DNA of 64,000 nt. Origin: Gekko japonicus. Its lineage: Eukaryota. Shown here piece after piece: positions 1 through 10,530 of this stretch. Position numbers and translations under genes: made by a program. The DNA is taken from positions 66,075 through 130,074 of the forward strand of contig NW_015162031.1 in NCBI RefSeq assembly GCF_001447785.1, written 5' to 3'. Each line of letters starts with the position of its first letter. Positions within the stretch are counted from its first letter, which is position 1. Below the pieces are notes generated by a model that saw nothing but the letters and a program-made list of their open reading frames with translations, had not been told where the DNA came from and ran no database searches.

Positions 1-745
1 CCCTTCTTATAGTACTCCACTGTGAGGGCTAAAAGTGGGGGCCCTGGTTCACTGCAGGTCACATTTGTGGTATTGTGTGATGTGGAGAGCCAGCAGGGTG
101 CTGGACAGATTTGGTGGCCATGTCCTGCAAGGTAGGACAGGCTGCTCAGGCAGTTTGGGGGTTGGTGGCAGCAGCGGTGATAAATCTGGGCCCTCCCCTT
201 CCCAGGTGGGCCTATGATGGGACCTGAACTTGGCTTGGGGAAGGGAAAAGAGGAGGGACCACCAGGGGGAAATAAAACATGCTGCACTGCCTTGTTACCC
301 CACCTGGCCTCGTAGTGAGAGGATGCCCGGTTCTTGTGGTGGTATCAGCCTGGGGCTGGAATGATTTTAGGAAAACCGATCCTTGCATATGGGGATCCCC
401 TTAAGGGATCTTGGGGTGAGGGCTTTCATGGACATGCCCAGCATGGGGCCTGCCAGGCTTTCAAGGGGCATGCCCGACTCAGGGATTGCCAAAGGTTTAC
501 TCTCACACTCAGGTGGCAGGGGAGTCCATTCAATGGTGGAATTCAGCAACCTGCCATCCCATGGCTCTCCCCACATCAACTAGGAGGCAAGTCAGTTGAT
601 TGAAGGATCCAGAGTACCATACTGTGTCATGGCTTCTTAGAGCTGTAAATAATAAAGTTGTGGCCATTTTATTCCACAATTCATTGCAAAATATTGTGTG
701 TCATTATATTATTGGCAGGTAGTTGTAAAGGGGTCCTTGCCTTCA
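1..745 (+). repeat. Degenerate terminal-repeat remnant of a probable DIRS/Ngaro-like or LTR retroelement
   Basis: GC-rich and non-coding, ending in AATAAAGTTGTGGCC (~651-665). Shares this motif and CTCAGGTGGCAGGGGA with 56250-56930. Confidence 0.3.
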
Positions 746-1329
746 CTGCCCTCTCCCCTTCCCTGGGCACTGGGAGTGCAAATGTGATGCTTCGATTTAG
801 GGTTCCCACTTGGAACAAACATTATTTAACAGACAGCTGAAATTAGGAGGTGGAAGACATTGAGACCTCCCTCCAGCTTTGATCCCATGCAGTCTTCAAG
901 CTCCAATGCAAAGCATCTTGCATCACGTGTCCAAGCCAATAGTTCTGTCCATGTCAGGGATCACTATCCCACCATTCAGAATCTTTGTTCCTATTTCCCT
1001 GTGTTTTGCTCATTTTGCATTCCTGTAGACTAGCACAAAACAGGGTGGGCGACACGTATTGTAAACATCACAAAATCTTGTGCTATTTCATTGTAAACAA
1101 ATATAGGGTGTGAAAAGGTATTGAGTTCTGATATGGAAAAGTGGATTTAAATTTGAATGTATATAAACATTACACTTTGTCTTGAGGGGTGTTTTTTGAT
1201 ATTGTTTCTGTGTTTGTTCTTTTTCGTTATGATATTAATATCAGTAAAGTTATAAAAAATGAAAACACAAAGAATAAATAATTTCTTTAAGTTGGGAAGG
1301 ATGACATAGCCAATGCTTTGGACCAACAG

Positions 1330-1531
1330 GATGACACCACATTATTCTTGCTTCCTGGTTCACTTCGAATCCCTCATTTTGGTTTCTGTCATAGTATCAT
1401 AATCTATGGCCAACTCTCACTTTAACAGTGGGTGGAATTCTTATATTGGATCATTTGCTCAGGTTTTTGTTTTGCTCTTTTTTGGAGGGTCAGATTTTAC
1501 ACACATGCACCAACAGTGATGGCACCTGATT
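1330..1531 (+). pseudogene. OR pseudogene, 5' part (TM2-TM3), interrupted by the Ngaro element
   Basis: Translates as LVSVIVS*SMANSHFNSGWNSYIGSFAQVFVLLFFGGSDF...TVMAPD. This aligns with LVSVLMPKAMANSFLNTRSISYSACVSQVFF...TIMAHD of the 50118 OR. Confidence 0.85.
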
Positions 1532-1534
1532 ATT

Positions 1535-1966
1535 GCCCCCCCCCCCAGATGGAAGAAATAGACAGACAAGAAGGTTGGATGAAATAAGGCCACTTTATTA
1601 AATTATTAACTTTTAACTTATCGGCAAAGGGCAACCATGAAAACAGCGGCACGGCCAGGCCTGGCATCGCTTCGACTCTCATCCTCAAACCATAGGAAGG
1701 CAAAACACAGCAGCCCCCCGGGTTGGAGCCAACCATAAGTCACTTAAAATCCCAGCCGTGCCAAGATTGGGATGCACCCTCAGGAGCCCTCAAACAGCAC
1801 TGCATGGCCAGCGCTGAGTCTCCGTCATGACCATCCCCATAGGCGGTCTGCAAGCCTCACGCAGGCCGCACGGCTACAAGGTTGGTCGAGCAGACCCCTC
1901 TACCCACACCCTGGGTTATTAAGTGGTACTTGCTGGCTGCTGAACTGTATTTTAACCTAATTCTGC
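1535..1966 (-). repeat. Ngaro split direct repeat B2 (3' terminal)
   Basis: Direct repeat of 2344-2769, with AATAAA on the minus strand near 1595-1600. Confidence 0.95.
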
Positions 1967-2163
1967 CCTAACAAAGTGACGAACTAGCCCCTAGGCACCA
2001 TCCCAGACCAATTCCTCAATCCACTGACCGCAGTGCAGGGTAAGCGAAAAAGACCCCATCTCAATAGCCAATGTGAGAATGGAACCAAAAAATTCCTACT
2101 CGGCTCCCCATTAAACAGGGCAACCAGCCTATGCTTACACTACATACAGGGCGGGTTGGTGGG

Positions 2164-2340
2164 CCGAGCACGAGGCGAGCTCCTGGCCGGAGAGAGAGCG
2201 GAGCAAGTCTATTAAGGCTTCCAGGCTCCGCTCCCCCTATTGGAGCTGAGGCTCCACCGCACCCTGCCTGCCTCCTCCTCCTCACGAGGAGACAAACGGG
2301 GCCCCACGAGGCACGCTTGGGCTGTCTCGTGTGGGGCCGA
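2164..2340 (-). repeat. Ngaro split direct repeat A2
   Basis: Direct repeat of 10133-10310, abutting B1 through ATT at 2341-2343. Confidence 0.95.
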
Positions 2341-2343
2341 ATT

Positions 2344-2769
2344 GCCCCCCCCAGACGGAAGAAATAGACAAACAAGGTTGGATGAAATAAGGCAACTTTA
2401 TTAAATTATTAACTTTTAACTTAACGGCAAAGGGCAACCATGAAAACAGCGGCACGGCTTGGCCTGGTGTCACTTCGACTCCCATCCTCAAACCATAGGA
2501 AGGCAAGACACCGCGGCCCCCCGGGTTGGAGCCAACCATAAGTCGCTTACAATCCTGGCTGAGCCAAGATTGGGATGCACCCTCAGGAGCCCTCAAACAC
2601 CACCGCATGGCCAGCTCTGAGTCTCCGTCGTGACCATCCCCATAGGCGGTCTGCAAGCCTCACGCAGGCCGCACGGCTACAAGGTTGGTCGAGCAAACCC
2701 CTCTACCCACACCCGGGGTTATTAAGTGGTGCTTGCTGGCCGCTGAACTGTATTTTAACCTAGTTCTGC
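2344..2769 (-). repeat. Ngaro split direct repeat B1
   Basis: Direct repeat of 1535-1966. Confidence 0.95.
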
Positions 2770-2810
2770 TACCACAAGGGGCAAGCCTCTGCTTAGGCCC
2801 CTGCGCCCAC

Positions 2811-3479
2811 TCAAACACCTATAATTAACCTAAGCCCTTGCCGCAAGTCCTGAAGGAAGATGTCATTTCCCTTCTCGGAAAGGTGCACACCATCCCCTCT
2901 GTACAGATCCAGAAATTCAAGCCAAATCTGGGGATGAGGCAAGTAGTGGCCCAATCCAACCTTCAACATTTTATAAAACTCCCCATTGGCTCTATGCCAA
3001 GCCCTCTCAATCCCTTTAGGGTCCCAAGCGTTACGCCAAACCAGGCGCGGAATCATGGCCAACCAAAGGATTACCGTGTCTGGCCATCAGCGCTTAATGC
3101 ACTTCAGGTCCTCCCTGGCTTGCAACACAAGGGCCTTCCCCTTCAGGTATCCCAAGTCGTTACCCCCTAGGTGGAGAACCAACACATCTGGTAGCAAGGC
3201 TGAACCGGCCTGAAATAAAAGAAGGAGAAGGCCCGGCCAACGAAGGCCCCGGCGGCCCCTCCACTCTACCGTAGCCCACTGGCTGAGGCCCAGTTGCGAA
3301 CCAATGGCCAATCGATTGGCCCGATGAGCCCCCCGGACGATGTAGCTGTGTCTGGAGATGAGAATCCGTCTTCTGCCACAAAACACAGCTCCTAGGAAGA
3401 AACGACAGTGAACTCCGGAAACCAACAGCATGAATAGCATTGCAAACAGTAACTCAAACCAAGGAAGGAGGGTGCACAT
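2811..3479 (-). pseudogene. SGNH/GDSL hydrolase-like ORF of the Ngaro element, with one premature stop at 3087-3089
   Basis: ORFs 3087-3479 and 2811-3062 are in the same frame. Motifs: (R)HSY, WRGRRG, PDVLVLHLGGND, DGVHL. Confidence 0.85.
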
Positions 3480-4101
3480 AACGTTTGTAAGCGGCAGAAC
3501 GCCACCTGCCCACTCTCTGAATGTCAGTAGTGGGATAGCCTAAGGCCACCACCGTGGAAGCAGCTCCTATTCTGAAGGAATGAGTGCCAAATTTCACTCC
3601 AGAAAGGCCTAACAATTCCAAAACCCGGGCCATAACAGCCCAAAACTGGTGCTTTGTCAGCGGACCACCATCAGCATGGATAAAGAGGTATCCATCCGCC
3701 ATGCCCCTAAAAGCCCTGTACTGAGATGAAGCCAATACAGGGCATAGCTCAGAGTTGGAACAGACACCCAACTTGATCACCGACCCTTTATGCCGCTGGT
3801 CAGTTTTGGATCCCCTGATCGTGATGTGCACCTCCCTTCCCTTAAATTGAAGGTCCCAAATGTGCAAAGCCCTGCCCGACTGGTCAGTCTTGGACATCGC
3901 TACAAGCTCGCTTACTCTAAGCGCCCCAATGAATGCCTGCAGCGAAGCCGCGTGGAACTGGCAAACTGACCGTTCATAGTCTCTTCGCATGCTAGGGGCG
4001 ATGGCAAGGCCTATTGCCCTGCAAGCCTCGGCCCTCCAACCTGCTATAGCTCCGGGGGCATCCTTGCCGGCAGAAGATCGGTGTCTGGAGCAAGCTGACA
4101 A
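3454..4101 (-). pseudogene. Tyrosine recombinase of the Ngaro element, internally deleted at about 3955
   Basis: Catalytic motifs ALRVSE, GSKTDQ, HSFRIG, GRWRS and AYKRY are present. The N-terminal segment seen in the 6193-6540 copy is missing. Confidence 0.9.
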
Positions 4102-6018
4102 AACCTCTCCATCTGTTTGCGAGAGAGAGCGTCAGCTACCCCATTGTTCACCCCCGGCACATGATTACCTAAAAACAGTGTGTTGAGTTCAGGCATCACA
4201 GTGTAAAGCCTCGAACCAGGCACATTACCAGTGGCGATTTAGATTTGAGGGAATTGATGACGTGTACCACTGCCAAATTTGTTGTAAGTTAATCTCCAGC
4301 AGGAAGATCAGTGTGATCTAACTGACAGCTACCTGTCAGCAGGTGGTGTGATAAGACTGGTTCTAACCGGTTATGACTGGCACTGGACAGTGCGCAGTCA
4401 CCATGACTCAGCTTGTAGCTGATTGGTGGCCAATGTATATATGTGTTGTACAGAAGCCATGTACATCTCTTCTGATGAAACCGAGTGTCTGGTGAAGCAG
4501 TTTGTCTGTATATCTTGTGAATAAAACCCTTGTACATAGTGTACCACTGGACTGTTGCAGTGTGGTTACTATAAGGGACTTCACAGCAAAAGATTGCAGC
4601 AAGAGCTGCTAAGGCTGAGAGGCTGGAAAGACCTTAAGTTGCTAACTTGCTTTAAAGGCTGGTGTCTTGGACTGCTACATTCTCGCTCCCGCAACAAAAT
4701 TATCGCACCAAAAGTGCACCGTGTGATTCGCCAACTTATTCCCCCACAGCCAAACCGACACTAAAATGGGGAAGAACTCCAGGTATGTCAGGTCTCTGGT
4801 AAACCCAGCACAAACCCATTCCTCAGGCCAGTCCGCAGCACACCAGTGCCTGCGAAAATAAACTCCAAAGCCCTGGGACCCTGCGGCATCTGACATGACC
4901 TGCAACTCTGCTTCGAGCTTTAAGTCCTCCCACCAAAAAGAGACTCCATTAAAGAAAGTCAAAAATTCCTGCCAAACCATGAGGTCATCCTTCATTGCGC
5001 AGTTCACACGCACCTTGTGGTGCGGCCGCCAAAGCCCAGCCATGGCCTCACACAGCCTGCGCAAGAAGGCCTGAACAGGGGCCACCACTTTACATGTGAA
5101 GTTAAGGTGCCCCACTAGCTGCTGGATATCCCTCGGTGAAGCCTTCCTCAGAGAAAGGAATTCAAAAATATGATCCCTCAAGTCTGTGATTTTTTCCAAG
5201 GGCAGTCGGGATGTCTGGGCCACTGTATCCAGCTCCACGCCCAGAAAAACCAACTTCTGCTGAGGGCCTTCAGTCTTTTCATGGGCCAATGTAACCCCCA
5301 GCTCCATGGCCAAATCCTGAAACCCTTGTAGGAGCTGGGCACATCTACCTGTTCTTTGAGGATCTACAAAAAGAAAATCATCTAAATAGTGTGCAACATC
5401 CTGAAGGCCCATCTTGGCTCGTAAAGCCCATTCCAGGAATGAATTGAAGCGCTCAAATGCCGCGCATGACACAGAACATCCCATGGGCAAAGCCCTGTCC
5501 AAAAAGAACTGGCCATCAAAGGAGAAACCCAGCAGCTCGAAATCATCTGGATGCACGGGGAGGAGGCGAAATGCAGACTTAATATGGCACTTCGCCAACT
5601 CTGCCCCCCGACCACAGCGCCGCACAATCCGTACTGCCTGGTCAAAGGAGGTGTACCTCACTGTGCACAGATCCTCAGGAATGGCATCATTAACTGAATC
5701 ACCTCGAGGATATGACAGGTGGTGAATTAAACGAAATTCACCAGGTGCTTTTTTAGGCACAATCCCCAGAGGTGAACCTCTCAAATTAGGAATCGGTGGT
5801 GCAGAAAATGGGCCCAGAACACAGCCCTCCTCCAATTCTTTGTCAATCTTTTTTCTCACCACCGACTCCATGTCCTTAACTGATTTAAGATTAGAGGCCA
5901 TAAACGGGGCCCTAACTCCCTGAAAGGGGATTCGAAAACCAAACGTGAAACCTTCTAATAAGTAAACTCCGCCCTCTACTTTAGGGTACTCCCGCAGCCA
6001 TGCTTCAAGAGCCGTCAG
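4011..6018 (-). pseudogene. RT/RNaseH copy 2 of the Ngaro element (5'-truncated, RNaseH interrupted by a solo LTR)
   Basis: 408-aa ORF with FRLIHHLS, LPMGCS, HYLDDF, SDAAGS and WCDN. The RNaseH tail continues at 4011-4274 beyond the insertion. Confidence 0.93.
4280..4696 (+). mobile_element. Solo LTR (417 bp; Gypsy/BEL-type)
   Basis: TGTTG...CAACA termini, 5-bp TSD AAATT (4275-4279 and 4697-4701), AATAAA at 4520. The empty site CCAAATTATCG is present in copy 1 (~6757-6767). Confidence 0.92.
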
Positions 6019-6192
6019 CAGGGGTCATTTCGTAGAAAAAGAGCTAGGGGGACTCATTAGCATAACTCATTAGCATATGCCACACCCCCTGACATCACCG
6101 GAAGTGTGTCATAAGGCCACACCCCCTGACATCACCGGAAGTGTGTCATAACATCTACATATTATAATATAGTGTAAGAACTTCACAGTACT
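6019..6192 (+). mobile_element. Single end of a hAT-like DNA transposon at the junction of the two pol copies
   Basis: Starts CAGGGGTCATTTCGTAGAAAAA (hAT-type terminus; similar start at ~62109). Internal 36-bp tandem repeat at 6079-6114 and 6116-6151. No second TIR. Confidence 0.6.
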
Positions 6193-6540
6193 GAACATCT
6201 TTCTGATCTGAAAGTCCCCAGTGACTTCCTTAAAACCCATAGCCTTGCTAGCGAATGCAAGGGCAGAAAGACGTCCCCGTATGGAGCTAACAGCCAAACC
6301 TGCATCCTTTAAATAAACACAGTAATGCATCAGCTGCTCCAATGCAATGGGCCAGACCCTGGGATAGCCCTCTAGCTTTCTAAACTCCTCGAATTGGCGA
6401 ACTGACCGTTCATAGCCTCTTCGCATGCTAGGGGCGATGGCGAGGCCTATTGCCCTGCCAGCCTCGGCCCTGTGCTAGGGGCGATGGCGAGGCCTATTGC
6501 CCTGCAAGCCTCGGCCCTCCAACCTGCCATAGCTCCGGGG
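6193..6540 (-). pseudogene. Truncated N-terminal part of the tyrosine recombinase, copy 1
   Basis: MRRGYERSVRQFEEFRK...SIRGRLSALAF...DFQIRKM matches the start of the 3454-4101 ORF. Contains a 47-bp tandem duplication at 6426-6518. Confidence 0.85.
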
Positions 6541-8090
6541 GCATCCTTGCCGACAGAAGATCAGCATCTGGAGCAAGCTGACGAAACCTCTCCATCTGTT
6601 TGCGAGAGAGAGCGTCAGCTACACCATTGTCCACCCCCGGCACATGCCTAGCTAAAAACAGTGTGTTGAGCCGCAGGCATCGCAGTGTAAAGGCTCGAAC
6701 CAGGCACATTACCCGTGGTGATTTAGATGTGAGGGAATTGATGACGTGTACCACTGCCAAATTATCGCACCAAAAGTGCACCGTGTGATTCGCCAACTCA
6801 TTCCCCCACAGCCAAACCGCCACTAAAATGGGGAAGAACGCCAGGTATGTCAGGTCTCTAGTAAACTCACAGTCCTCAGGCCAGTCCGCAGCGCACCAGT
6901 GCCCGCGAAAATAAACTCCAAAGCCCTGGGACCCTGCGGCATCTGACATGACCTGCAGCTCTGCTTCGAGCTTTAAGTCCTCCCGCCAAAAAGAGACTTC
7001 ATTAAAGGAAATCAAAAATTCCTGCCAAACCAGGAGGTCATCCTTCATTGCACAGTTCACACGCACCCTGTGGTGTGGCTGCCAAAGCCCAGCCATGGCA
7101 TCACACAGCCTGCGCAAGAGGGCCTGACCAGGGGCGACCACTTTACATGCGAAGTTAAGGTGCCCCACTAGCTGCTGGATATCCCTCAGTGAGGCCTTCC
7201 TCAGAGAAAGAAATTCAAAAATGCGATCCCTCAGGGCTGTGATTTTTTCCATTGGCAGTCGAGATGTCTGGGCCACTGTATCCAGTTCCACGCCCAGAAA
7301 AACCAACCTCTGCACAGGGCCTTCAGTCTTTTCATGGGCCAAAGGAACCCCCAGCTCCGTGGCCAAATTCTGAAACCCTTGTAGGAGCTGGGCACATCTA
7401 CCTGTTCCTTGAGGACCCACAAAAAGAAAATCATCTAAATAGTGTGCAACATCCTGAAGGCCCGTCTTGGCTCGTAAAGCCCATTCCAGGAATGTACTTT
7501 AGCGCTCAAATGCGGCGCATGACACAGAACATCCCATGGGCAAAGCCCTGTCCATGAAGAACTGGCCATCAAAAGAGAAACCCAGCAGCTCAAATTCATC
7601 TGGATGCACGGGGAGGAGGCAAAATGCTGACTTAATATCGCACTTCGCCAACTCTGCCCCTCGACCACAGCGCCGCACGATCCATACCGCCTGGTCAAAG
7701 GAGGTGTACCTCACCGTGCACAGATCATCAGGAATGGCATCATTAACTGAATCACCTCGGGGATATGAAAGGTGGTGAATTAAACAAAATTCACCAGGTG
7801 CTTTTTTAGGCACAATCCCCAGAGGTGAAACTCTCAAATTAGGGATCGGTGGTGCAGCAAATGGGCCCAGAACCCGTCCCTCTTCCAATTCCTTGTCAAT
7901 CTTTTTTCTCACCACCGACTCCATGCCCTTAACTGATTTAAGATTAGAGGCCATAAACGGGGCCCTAACTCCCTGTAAGGGGATTTGAAAACCAAATGTG
8001 AAACCTTCTAATAAGTAAACTCCGTCCTCTACTTTAGGGTACTCCCGCAGCCATGCTTCAAGAGCCGTCAGGCTTATTGGACTGGGGCCT
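6494..8090 (-). pseudogene. RT/RNaseH copy 1 of the Ngaro element (in-frame stop at 7499-7501)
   Basis: ORFs 7499-7954 and 6494-7420 share a frame. YLDD and RNaseH motifs through ADALSR are present. Confidence 0.93.
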
Positions 8091-8094
8091 TTTA

Positions 8095-9364
8095 CTAGCG
8101 GAGGAGGATGAACCGCCCCTTCCTCTCTGCCTCTGATTCCTGCCAGGCCTTCTTTGTGGACAAGATTGGAAGAAGTGGGGGCTTCCTGTCACATACCCCC
8201 CGGTACCCAAAAACAGAGCAAGCGGGGTTGAACCGCCTGCCCTGTGACACCATGGGAAGTATTGGCCCCCTGTAAACGCTGCACGATGTGGCCACTATGT
8301 GAGCGTTCAACAGCCGCTAAGTCAGGCGTGGACATAATTTGAAGCATGGAATTCATAGCAGCCCTCATCCGGAACTCCTCATCATATTTAAGCCATGCCG
8401 GGCCCGGAAAGCCCGTATAGGCCTTATAAATTATGTCCAGGTACTGGGACAACGCATGGTGACCTCAAAGGCTGAGACCGGGACAACACACCGGCATAAA
8501 TTAAATATCCAGCCTGCCAATTGGCCCAGGTCCTATCGATCTTCTTCCTCCTAAGTATCTCCTTTTCCTTGTCATCCATCTCCTCTTTATCCTTCTTCTT
8601 TAAATCCCGGTAGAGAAGGCTAAAGAGGTCGATGAACTCACCTTTAGATATTTTTTCTTTTGTTGCAGGTAAAAGGTGATCGCCCAACGGCAAGGCGGTA
8701 TCACCGAAAGGCATAGCTGATGCAGACACAGCAGTGTAAGGGTTCACCCACAGGGGGGTACACCCTATATTACCCCAAGGGCCAGTTGGAACAGACCCCC
8801 AAGGGGACTGCATAGCTTGTGCAGGAGGGCCCCAAGCCCAGGACTGTGTATTATCACCAGAGCTTTTTGCAGTGCCGGTATGTGAGGCAGACGATGCCCC
8901 AGATCCAGCACCTTGACCCCACGGCCCCATGGCCACATCAACCTCATTTGAAGTGCCAGATCCCACGTACCACTAGGACCAGGCTGGACATGCTCCACCA
9001 CTTCCACTGGCATGGAATCCGCCTCACCTACAGCCACTCCAGACGCCCCAGTATCACACCCATCATCAGGCACAACAGCCCCAGACCAAGAAAGTTGGTT
9101 AACGATCTCATCCCTAAACTTCTTTCTCTCAGCCCGTTGTTGTTGCCTGCGGTCCGGCACCGGAACCACTTGATGGGGGGCGGGAACCACAGCAGACTTG
9201 GCTTGCTCCAAAGCAGCAAGCCTATCCAAAATTGCACACTGCTCTGCCCTCTTGTCCTCATCATCAGATGATGAAGGCACAGTTTCGGGGGGTGGAGCCG
9301 GCGTGGGCCTCTTAGGCGCAGGCCCTTTTCCCTTCACCCCTCCTTTTCCTTTCTTAGAAGCCAT
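8095..9364 (-). pseudogene. gag-like ORF1 of the Ngaro element, frameshifted
   Basis: Overlapping ORFs 8765-9364, 8424-8966 and 8189-8452. Basic N-terminus plus KEKISKGEFIDLFSLL and AWLKYDEEFR, typical of DIRS/Ngaro ORF1. Confidence 0.8.
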
Positions 9365-10132
9365 TATAGTAATTAATTATCAAATGGCAGCCTGGTAACC
9401 CAAATGTACCACCCCAAATGGCCACCTACAACACCTTAAGATGGCCGACTCCGAAATGCCCCCTACCCAGCAACAGGGATCAGGCTTAAGATTGGTCCTC
9501 AAAATGGCTGCTCGACTCCCTAAAAGCAAATAGAAAAAAGGGAGGGGGGAATGACACCACCCAAGTCACCAACCGCCTATATCAACAAGGACAGGGGCTG
9601 AAAGCAGGCCAGTGGGGTGGGTGGCAGGGTTGTGTAATTTTTCCTTAACATGGTGGAGCAGCCCGCCAAGGGCTGCTCTGCGCTGCGCTGCCCACCACAG
9701 CCCTTCCAAACAGTCAAAGACGGGCCCAACGCTCTCTGCCCAATGCTCTCTGCAAGCACAGCCCCAGCTGCTTCCAGGCCGCGTCGCCCGCTCGCTGTTC
9801 TTCAGCCCGCCTGCCCAGCCGCCAATGCGGCTGACTGCTCCCGGGCCCAAACTGAGCTGAGGGCTCGTCGCCGGAAGGCAAGCGCACTTCACCCTGCCTC
9901 CGGGGGGGGGAATCCCCGCCAGCCCAGCCCGACACTTCCCGCCCTCAGAAGCTCCGACGTGCAGCCACGAGCCGAGCCGACTGAACCGGGGCCCTTTAAA
10001 AACCATGCGGCACAGCCAGACAGCCCACAAAAAGCTTCGTTGTCACACTAAACTCTCCTGCTGCCTCAGGCTCAAGGTGAGCCCGAAGATACAGAAGCTA
10101 TCATGCTCGGAGCTCCACTCAAGCTGTCAAGC

Positions 10133-10310
10133 CCGAGCACGAGGCGAGCTACTGGCTGGGGGGAGAGCGGAGCAAGTCTATTAAGGCTGTCAGGCTCCGC
10201 TCCCCCTATTGGAGCTGACGCTCCACCGTAGCCTGCCTGCCTACTCCTCCTCATGAGGAGGCAAATGTGGCCCCCACGAGGCACGCTTGGGCTGTCTCGT
10301 GTGGGGCCGG
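10133..10310 (-). repeat. Ngaro split direct repeat A1 (5' terminal)
   Basis: Direct repeat of 2164-2340, followed by ATT at 10311-10313. Confidence 0.95.
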
Positions 10311-10313
10311 ATT

Positions 10314-10530
10314 ATGTTGCTATCTGCAGTCCTGTGCAATATGTAACAATTATTCACAAAGGAGCGTGCAGTCAGGTGGTAGTGATTTCATGGATTAGTG
10401 GTATACTTTATGCCATATTACAACTGTGTTGACATTTTTTCAGTTAACTTCTTCTCTAAAAAAGTAAATCTATTCTTTAATAAAATCCCAGAGTTAGTAA
10501 GGCTTTCTTGCTCTGAAATTATCTAGTTAG
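10314..10530 (+). pseudogene. OR pseudogene, continuation after the Ngaro insertion (TM3-ECL2)
   Basis: YVAICSPVQYVTIIHKGACSQVVVISWISGILYAIL...VNLFFNKIPELVRLSCSE, with stops and frameshifts. Confidence 0.88.

Larger units (their letters stand above)
1532..10313 (-). mobile_element. Ngaro-type (DIRS order) tyrosine-recombinase retrotransposon, rearranged and inactive
   Basis: Split direct repeats in order A1-ORFs-B1-A2-B2. Gag, RT (YLDD), RNaseH, YR and SGNH hydrolase ORFs. ATT core at both ends and at the internal B1/A2 junction. Confidence 0.95.

Noticed and set aside
1535-2769. Direct repeats read as LTRs of an LTR retrotransposon
   Set aside because: No TG...CA ends and no integrase. The repeat order and the YR indicate Ngaro.
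9566-10051. Several overlapping GC-rich ORFs
   Set aside because: They lie in the Ngaro 5' leader, have no recognisable domain, and are expected by chance at high GC.
1528-10315. Apparent 6-bp TSD (GATTAT) flanking the Ngaro element
   Set aside because: A true TSD would leave the OR motif one codon short. The shared-ATT model restores the D-x-Y spacing and matches the internal junction.
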